Source: Acaryochloris marina S15
GTDB lineage: Bacteria > Cyanobacteriota > Cyanobacteriia > Thermosynechococcales > Thermosynechococcaceae
Assembly: GCF_018336915.1 (NCBI RefSeq)
Contig: NZ_CP064927.1
Span: 90,001-122,000 of the forward strand
Direction: 5' to 3'
DNA length: 32,000 nt
In this document: piece after piece, positions 18,112-25,733 of the stretch
How the letters are laid out: each line of letters begins with the position of its first letter
How positions within the stretch are numbered: position 1 is the stretch's first letter
The notes under the pieces: generated by a model
Told to the model about the DNA's origin: nothing
What the model saw: the letters and a program-made list of their open reading frames with translations, nothing else
Databases searched by the model: none
Program-made: the position numbers and the translations under genes

Positions 18112-19490
18112 CTAACGGATTCTGGGGTCTCCCAAAAATCACCTTATCTGCGCCCATTCATGGACATGCTCATGGACAAGTTGTGTAGCCAGTTTTCGTG
18201 ATAGCTGACCCCATTAAAGTCATGAAAAGGGGAGAATCGCCCCGTCTCCTCGTCTCTCGTCTTGGTGCCATAGGGATGGAAATTCCAAACTAAGGCCATT
18301 GATCGCATCGATTGACAGGCTGAATCCATTGTCCCGTGGAAGTTCTGCATTGAGTAAAGTACTCAATTTTGATGATTCATCAGCCGATCTACTGCGTTAC
18401 TGGTGCGATAGGATTCCGGGAAGGCATAGGCCACCTTAAATTTAGGAGCATTGCGACAGACCTTAAATACCTTCTGGCGTAACTCTGGTGAAGTAACATT
18501 CTTTTTGGTCCATTTGCGTAGCTTCCGTAAACTCTTCTGAAAGCGGGTCTTATTCGGTTGCTTGTAAGCAGCCCAAAGCATTCCTGTGAGGGTTCTCAAG
18601 ATCTCTGAAGTACGACGACAGCTTTTCTGAATCTTCAGGACAGCATGCAAAAAGCACAGAATTAAAGTGACGGTGGGAAATAGAGCTTTCATCGCTATCT
18701 GTGTTGCTAGCCAGCCATCATGATTGGCGGTAATTGGCGCATAGTTGGGATCGAGCTGTAGAGCTCCTTGTTGAAAGACTTGGTAGCCTACTTTTAGGGC
18801 TTCTGGACTTGCTGAGTCTGTGACATTGACACCCAGAATACAGCCATTGGCTGCTGTGGTAGGAAGGTAGACTCGCTTACCCTGCAACCAACTATGTTTT
18901 TCATCTACTATCAGGTGTTTGGGCAACAGTTGAGGATCTTTGATAGTCGTTCCGACAATAGAAGCTTGACTTAGTGAGGCATAGGCCTGATACCAGTACA
19001 TTGCATTTCGACCAAATACATAGGCGATGGCATCGAAGGGAACAGCAAAACGGCATAGGTAAAGGGCTTTCTCCATGTCATGAGTCTTGCCCACCATATA
19101 CGGCATCATGAAGTCGGGACGAATTTGATAGATGTCGCCGCCATTGTCAGTCAGTTTGATCCGTCGCAGCGTCAGATCTAGCTTGATAGAATGGACAAAA
19201 TCATGGAAGTGAAACCCTTCTAGCATTTGGGGTGGGAACAGTTCAGGGTGAGCAATCAAAGCTTTATCAAGAAAGAGTCTGAAGGCTTGATGATCAAGGA
19301 CTATCTGTCGATATTGGGTTTCACTTTTGACGGGTAAACAGATGGTCTGATCGTCACGAGTTGAAGCTGCCATTTATGGGATATTTCCCTTTGCTGCTAG
19401 AGAGTTCTCAATAAATCTACAGTGAAAGGGTTAGTAGATTCTCATAACTCCCAGTAGGCTTAGGTTCTAATAGACCCCAGAATCCGTTAG
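18112..19490 (-). mobile_element. insertion sequence, 1379 bp, 19-bp perfect terminal inverted repeats, family unassigned
   Basis: CTAACGGATTCTGGGGTCT at 18112-18130 and its exact reverse complement at 19472-19490 bracket the transposase reading frame. No flanking direct repeat is visible. Confidence 0.75.
18144..19373 (-). pseudogene. transposase interrupted by an in-frame TGA
   Basis: ORFs 18363-19373 (336 aa) and 18144-18350 (68 aa) are in the same frame. They are separated only by a TGA at 18365-18363 and four sense codons (...DRLMNHQN*VLYSMQNFHGT...). The family cannot be assigned by eye. Confidence 0.75.
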
Positions 19491-19588
19491 AACGAGCCCC
19501 AATCGTACTCGCTGATATTAGCTAGTGGCTTAGCCAGCAACTTACATCCTTTCAGAAAAACCAGGATCGACAGCTAATAGGTGTATAG

Positions 19589-19729
19589 TCAGCCTTTTGA
19601 GGTTTCTTCCAGAGAGCGAATGAACTCACGAATGATATCGGTCTTGGTCCGTTGTGTTTTTTTTGCATAACGATCCAATATTTTTAGCTCATGCGCTGGA
19701 ATTCTTATACAAAGTTGATCTTGAGCCAT
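19589..19729 (-). CDS. ribbon-helix-helix (CopG/Arc-like) small DNA-binding protein, 46 aa
   Basis: Hand-translated and below the ORF-track size cutoff: MAQDQLCIRIPAHELKILDRYAKKTQRTKTDIIREFIRSLEETSKG. The pattern is a beta-strand (LCIRIP) followed by two helices, as in RHH antitoxins and repressors. A GTATAG-N7-CTATAC inverted repeat lies just upstream (19732-19750). There is no obvious RBS. Confidence 0.5.
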   Translation of the reverse strand: MAQDQLCIRIPAHELKILDRYAKKTQRTKTDIIREFIRSLEETSKG

Positions 19730-20009
19730 ATGTATAGATATATGCTATACTTATATAGTACCTTAAAAATTGTCATTCAACGCCACTGAGTATATTTAAG
19801 GTCCAAGTTCGAGGAACGCGCTGCATTGATGCCATCTAACATTATTAAAGCAGTGCTTCAACTTAGCTTACGCTTCTTGTTGCTGCAGGAGTAACCTTAA
19901 TATCGCGTAGCTTTGTTAGAAGCTATCTCACATCAATTAAGCGCGTAATGGTTGAGGAGAACCAGCGCCGTTTGTGGGAGAGAGCCGCTCAATGCAGCTC
20001 TAGCTGATC

Positions 20010-22052
20010 ATGTTTACACCAACTCAGATCTACTGCGCACCATCACAGTCTGAGCAGGAGTGCTTGGGGCGAACCCTACTATCACTGCTTGATGAAGCCT
20101 GCGAGAGGCATCCAAATGCCCAAGCCTTTAATCACTGGACCCGAGAGGGTTGGGAACCTATCTCAATAAAGGCATTTCGAACAGCCGTAGAGGAAATTGC
20201 CCTAGGTATACAGGGACTTGGGCTCAAGGCAGGCGATCGCATTGCCTTACTGATGCACAGTGATGTCAACTTCTGCCTAGCCGATATGGGCAGCTTGCTG
20301 GCACGCCTGATCAACGTCCCTGTTTATATGGGTGAAACACCCGAAAACATGGTGTTTATTTTGCAGCACAGTGGTGCAACAGCCCTGATGTTGTCTGATC
20401 TGCAGGTGTTGAAGCAAGTTGCCCCTTGCCTACATGAAGTATCTACTCTGAAATTTGTTTTTATTGCTAATGGCCTTAACTCTTCGACTACTGAGGATGC
20501 TTTAACAAAACTTCGCGTCGATATTCCAGAGAGTATCCAGCTAATTTCTTTGTCTACCGTGCGGGCGTGGGGGATAGAGCAATGGTCAGATCAATCCCGG
20601 AAGAATTTAAGGGCCGAGATTTCACCTGAAGATGTGGCCACGATTGTCTATGTTGCTGGTGCGACGGGACGTTGTCAGGCATTTAGAAGCCAGGTATTGC
20701 CTATCTTTCAGGCAGTGACGGCCCTTAGACAGCGACTACAGCACGGTGCCCCCTACCTGTGTGAACTTCCAAAAGGGGTCATGCTTACCCATGAAAATCT
20801 GGCAGGGAATGCGCTGGCAGCGTTTAGCATTATGCCGGGTCTTCGAACCGGTCCCCAGGAAACGGTCCTTTCTTTTCTGCCGCTCACCCACGTTTTTGCT
20901 CGAGTAATGCTGTACGGGCATCTGAGTTATGGTCATACGATTTATTTCACGACGCCCCAGCGGATCGTTAAACATTTACGGGAAATCCAGCCTACCATTT
21001 TATCCACAGTGCCGCGTCTTTTAGAAAAGGTCTATCAAAAGATTCAGGAGCGAGGCCAACCATTGCCCCGTTTCAAACAGATAATCCTCAAGTGGGCGAT
21101 CGATCTAGCTCAGCGATACCAGCTGGGACGTCAGTCTCACGGGCTCTATACCTTGCAGCTAAAACTAGCCGATCAGTTCGTGTATCGCCAATGGCGTCAA
21201 GGATTTGGGGGGCGTCTCAGGTTCCTCCTTTGTGGCGGTGCTGCCCTCAAACCAGAGTTAGCCACGGTCTTCTCTGCTGCCGGAATTCCAGTCCTTCAAG
21301 GGTATGGTCTCACTCAAACGAGTGCTGTGCTGTGCGTGAATCGAGGGGAACTGAATCGAGCTGGAACAGTAGGGGTGCCTATCCCTGGTGTTGAAATTGA
21401 GATCGCACCCGATGACGAAATCTTGGCCAAAGCCCCCTACGTGATGAAAGGCTATTACAATAATCCAGTTGCAACCCAAGAAGCCATTGACGCGAAGGGC
21501 TGGTTCCATACTGGCGACTATGGAGAGATAACTGATGATGGATTCTTGACCATTACCGGCCAGAAAAAAAGTCTCTTTAAACTATCAACCGGTAAGTATG
21601 TAGCCCCTGAGCGCATTGAGCATCATCTTGTTCAATCCCCGTTAGTGGATTGGGCTTTGGCTGTGGGTAATCAGCGCCCTTACTGTGGTCTGCTCATTTT
21701 TCCCAATCGACGGAGACTGCAAAGATTGGCCAAGAAGCTGGGGTTACATCTTCCCCTTAACGAGATCGTAGACCATCCGCAGATTGTTGCTGAATATCAG
21801 TTACTGATCGATGCGGCTAATCAGAAACTCCCGGCGTGGTCAAGGATAAAACGCATTCGCCTAATACTTGAAACACTCACCGTTACCCATGGATTACTGA
21901 CACCCTCCCGACGACTCGATCGGGAATCAACCTACACAGCCTTCGCTGAAGAGATTGAGGATCTGTATAGCACGGTTGTGCCTTCTAGGATCCAGTCAGT
22001 TACTTCCCCTATCCTACCAGCATCTGCATCGCTGACGTTGGAAGCTTCTTAG
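20010..22052 (+). CDS. AMP-dependent long-chain acyl-CoA synthetase/ligase with an insertion in the P-loop motif
   Basis: 680 aa. Adenylate-forming enzyme motifs: LPKGVMLTHENL, LPLTHVF, GYGLTQTS, GTVG, HTGDYGEITDDGFLTITGQKKSLFKLSTGKYVAPE. The N-terminal half of the AMP-binding signature is degenerate (IVYVAGATG) and is separated from PKG by 32 residues. Confidence 0.85.
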   Translation: MFTPTQIYCAPSQSEQECLGRTLLSLLDEACERHPNAQAFNHWTREGWEPISIKAFRTAVEEIALGIQGLGLKAGDRIALLMHSDVNFCLADMGSLLARLINVPVYMGETPENMVFILQHSGATALMLSDLQVLKQVAPCLHEVSTLKFVFIANGLNSSTTEDALTKLRVDIPESIQLISLSTVRAWGIEQWSDQSRKNLRAEISPEDVATIVYVAGATGRCQAFRSQVLPIFQAVTALRQRLQHGAPYLCELPKGVMLTHENLAGNALAAFSIMPGLRTGPQETVLSFLPLTHVFARVMLYGHLSYGHTIYFTTPQRIVKHLREIQPTILSTVPRLLEKVYQKIQERGQPLPRFKQIILKWAIDLAQRYQLGRQSHGLYTLQLKLADQFVYRQWRQGFGGRLRFLLCGGAALKPELATVFSAAGIPVLQGYGLTQTSAVLCVNRGELNRAGTVGVPIPGVEIEIAPDDEILAKAPYVMKGYYNNPVATQEAIDAKGWFHTGDYGEITDDGFLTITGQKKSLFKLSTGKYVAPERIEHHLVQSPLVDWALAVGNQRPYCGLLIFPNRRRLQRLAKKLGLHLPLNEIVDHPQIVAEYQLLIDAANQKLPAWSRIKRIRLILETLTVTHGLLTPSRRLDRESTYTAFAEEIEDLYSTVVPSRIQSVTSPILPASASLTLEAS

Positions 22053-22089
22053 GGCTTCATTCCTGCTGAATTTATTGAGGTTTGTTGTT

Positions 22090-24471
22090 ATGTTGAAACC
22101 ATTTCGGACCGCTGCTATTCTCGGTGCAGGTGTGATGGGCACTCAAATTGCGGCCCACCTCGCTAATGCAGGCTTGGTGGTTTATCTCTTAGATCTGCCT
22201 GCACCTGGAGTCCATAAAAACGCGATTGTTGAAGCTGCTTTCCAGAGAGGGCTCCAGCAAAAGCCTCCGATTTTCTTTACTGAAAAAACAGCCCGCCGCA
22301 TTATTCTGGGTAATTTTGACGATGACTGGCATCGCTTAACCCATGTGGATTGGGTGATTGAGGCTGTAGTCGAGAAGCTAGAGGTTAAGCAACAGCTGAT
22401 GGCTCGTTTAGAGGGTCACATTCGCGATGATGCAGTGGTGTCAACGAATACGAGTGGGTTGTCTATTCAAGCGATCACTGCAGATTGCTCTGATGCTTTC
22501 CGGCAGCGATTTCTGGGAACACACTTCTTCAATCCCCCGCGCTACCTGAAGCTGTTGGAACTGATTCCTACTGCTGAAACGGATCCACAAATTGTGGATC
22601 AACTAAAGTGGTTTGGACATCTCTATCTAGGTAAAGGGGTGGTAGTCGCGAAGGACACCCCCAACTTTATCGGCAATCGAATTGGCGTTTTTATCAGTAT
22701 GCTCGGTATCCAAGCCTTTACAGAACAGGGATACACCATTGAAGAGATTGATACTCTCACGGGGACGTTGACGGGGCGTCCCAAATCTGCAACTTTCCGC
22801 ACGGCAGATATTGTGGGTCTCGATACGTTACTGTATGTGGCTGAAAATCTATATCCTGCCATCCCTGACGATGAAAGTCGTGATGTTTTTCAGGTGCCAG
22901 GGATTCTGAGACGCTTAGTAGAGGCAGGACAACTAGGGGCCAAAATGGGTCGGGGCTTTTATCAAAAAGTGGGTAAAAATATTCTCTCCGTCAACCCGCA
23001 GACACTAGCATACGAAAAGGCTCAGTCCATGCATCTAGGGAACTGGAAAGCCATTGCTAAAATTAAATCTCTTCCTGAACGTTTGCGAAAACTCTATCAA
23101 GATGACGGTCGAGCGGGAACATTGTTTCGGCAAACGATACTGAGAATCTTAAGTTACAGTGCCCATCGGATTCCTGAAATTGCCGATAGCCCCCTCAACA
23201 TTGATCAAGCCATGCGTTGGGGCTTTGGCTGGCAGCTCGGCCCTTTTGAAATTTGGCAGGAACTTGGCTTTGCTAGAGTCCTGAAAGATATGCAAGAGTC
23301 TGGGATGACGGTGCCCAGCTGGATTGAGTCCATGCAGCTTGCAGGCATTGACCACTTCTATCAAAGGGCTAGCGAACATAGAGCAGCGTTTGTCTACCAA
23401 CCCCTACATGGCTACCATCCAACAGAAACACCACGGGATGAACTGACTGTTGCTCAGATTAAGACTGATCCGAGGCACACGCTGTGGTCAAGTGCTGAAG
23501 CCGCGCTGATTGATATGGGGGATCGCGTTGCCCTATTTGAGTTTCGTTCGAAGGGGAATACCCTTGGACAGGTTGTGGTGGATGGTTTCTCAGAAGCATT
23601 GGACATCGTCGAAGTTGGGGACTATCGCGGTCTAGTCATTGGAAATGATGGAGAGCATTTTTCTGCCGGGGCTAACCTGGCAGACATGATCAAGTTCTCA
23701 CACCAAGACAAGGTCAATGTCTTCACAGATTGTGAGCATGGTGCAATTGCCCATCTCCTCGATCAGTTTCAGGCTCTGATGCTGCGAATTCACTACTTCC
23801 CCAAGCCAATTGTGGCAGCTATTCGGGGCGAATCTTAGGGGTGGCTGCGAATTGGTGATGGCCTCTCCCCACGTGGTGGCAGCGGCTGAAACCTACATTG
23901 GTTTGGTGGAACTGAGTGTGGGGCTCATTCCTGGTGCAGGCGGCATTATGACCATGGCTAACTGGGCTGCTGAGCATGCTGCCAGTGATTCCCCCAGCGA
24001 TATTCAGCCGTTTTTAAAACAGGCTTTTGAGCATATAGGGATGGCGAAGGTAGCTGGCAGCGCCTATGAAGCTCAAGAGTGGGGATATTTACCGCCTACT
24101 GCCCAGATTGTCATGAATAGCAATCGTCGTCTCTTCGTAGCCAAGGAAGAAGTGCTTCGCCTAGCTGGTGAGGGCTATGTTCCGCCACCCAAACGCAATG
24201 CGATCAAGGTGTTGGGCCAACCGGCCCGTGCCATGTTTGAAGCAGCGGCCTATCTGATGGAACAGGGAGGCTATATCTCTGAATATGATCGCTTTCTTGC
24301 AAACCGATTGGCCTTTGTCATCACAGGGGGGATCTGTCAGCACCAACGTTAGTCTCCGATGATTACCTACTGGGACTAGAACGCGACATGTTTTTACCCC
24401 TGTTTACAAAGCAGAAAACTCAGGAACGGATTATGCATACGTTGAGAACTAAAAAGCCTCTACGAAATTAG
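22090..24471 (+). pseudogene. bifunctional 3-hydroxyacyl-CoA dehydrogenase / enoyl-CoA hydratase (dehydrogenase N-terminal, FadN-like order), frameshifted twice
   Basis: The Rossmann motif AILGAGVMGTQIAAHLANAG is at the N-terminus. Crotonase motifs (HFSAGANL, KPIVAAIRG / GGCELVMA, GLIPGAGG) are C-terminal. Three frame segments: 22075/22090-23838, 23810-24352, and an unlisted 46-codon tail 24331-24471 (DLSAPTLVSDDYLLGLERDMFLPLFTKQKTQERIMHTLRTKKPLRN*). They total about 794 codons. The likely start is ATG 22090, preceded by TGAGG. Confidence 0.8.
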
Positions 24472-24512
24472 TAGGCTCCACCTTAACCCTCACAAAAGAC
24501 GAGGTCAATGAC

Positions 24513-25693
24513 ATGAATAACGCATATATCGTCAGTAGCGTTCGCACTGCTGTTGGAAAATCCCCCCGAGGTACTTTGCGGAATAGTCGACCCGATGATT
24601 TGGGTGCCGCTGCTGTTAAGGGCGCACTCGATAATGTTCCCAAACTTGAGTTCGATCAAGTCGAGGATCTGATATTCGGTTGTTCCTTCCCTGAAGCCGA
24701 GCAGGGGTTCAACTTGGGGCGCGTGATTGCCCTGCGGGCGGGTCTTCCTCACTCCACTGCTGGTTGTACAGTGAACCGTTTTGTTCATCGGGTTTACAAA
24801 CCATTGCCATGGCAACCCAAGCAATCATGACAGGTCAGGCAGAGGTGATCGTGGCTGGGGGGGCCGAATCTATGAGTCTGATTCCGATGGGGGGACATTA
24901 CCTAACGCCTAATCTAGTCTTACTGTCTAAAGTTCCTGAAGCTTATCTTTCGATGGGACTAACAGCAGAAAATGTGGCAGAAGAATTCCAAATTTCTAGG
25001 CATGATCAGGATGTTTTTGCGTTGCAATCGCATCTCAAAGCCCTGGCTGCCCTTGAGAAGGGACGGTTCAAAGACGAGGTTATTCCCTTTATGGTCAAGG
25101 AAACCACTTTAGTAGAGGGACAATCTCAAACCACTCAAACCAGGTTCGACGTAGATGAAGGCCCTCGTGCTGACACCAGCCTTGAAGCCTTAGCTCAGCT
25201 CAAACCTGTCTTTAAGGTCGAGGGTACCGTTACGGCAGGCACGTCTTCCCAAATGTCGGATGGGGCAGCAGCAACGGTTGTGATGAGTGAGCGTAAGCTC
25301 AGAGAGCTTGCCCTTGCACCACTAGGCCGAATGCTGGGCTACTCCGTGGTGGGGGTACCACCGGAACTGATGGGTATGGGTCCAGTGGAAGCAGTGCCCA
25401 AGGTGCTGAAGCAGGTGGGATTATCTCTCAGCGATATCGGTTTGATTGAGTTGAATGAAGCCTTTGCGGCCCAGGCTTTAGCAGTTATGCGAAAGCTGGG
25501 TTTGGATGAAGGCATTGTCAATGTGAATGGTGGTGCGATCGCCCTTGGTCACCCATTGGGCTGCACAGGAGCAAAATTGACTGCCACCCTACTGCACGAG
25601 ATGAAGCGTCGGGGCATTCGCTATGGACTGGTGACCATGTGTGTTGGGGGTGGCATGGGTGCTGCAGGTGTCTTTGAAAACTTGATGCTTTAA
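24513..25693 (+). pseudogene. fadA: acetyl-CoA C-acyltransferase (3-ketoacyl-CoA thiolase), frameshifted at a T-run just before the catalytic Cys
   Basis: ORF 24513-24830 ends its homologous part at ...GCTVNRF. ORF 24764-25693 continues [18 protein letters not shown]..., then [23 protein letters not shown] and [18 protein letters not shown]. Adding one T to the T4 run at 24779-24782 restores NRFCSSG. Confidence 0.85.
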
Positions 25694-25733
25694 CGTCTCT
25701 CCCTTTTTTGTACCTCACATAGGAGAACAGCCC

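Noticed and set aside
20670-20765. Explaining the acyl-CoA synthetase insertion as a MITE or as a masked double frameshift
   Set aside because: Both alternative frames contain stops within the stretch. No terminal inverted repeats or flanking duplication are visible. It remains an unexplained in-frame insertion (see findings).
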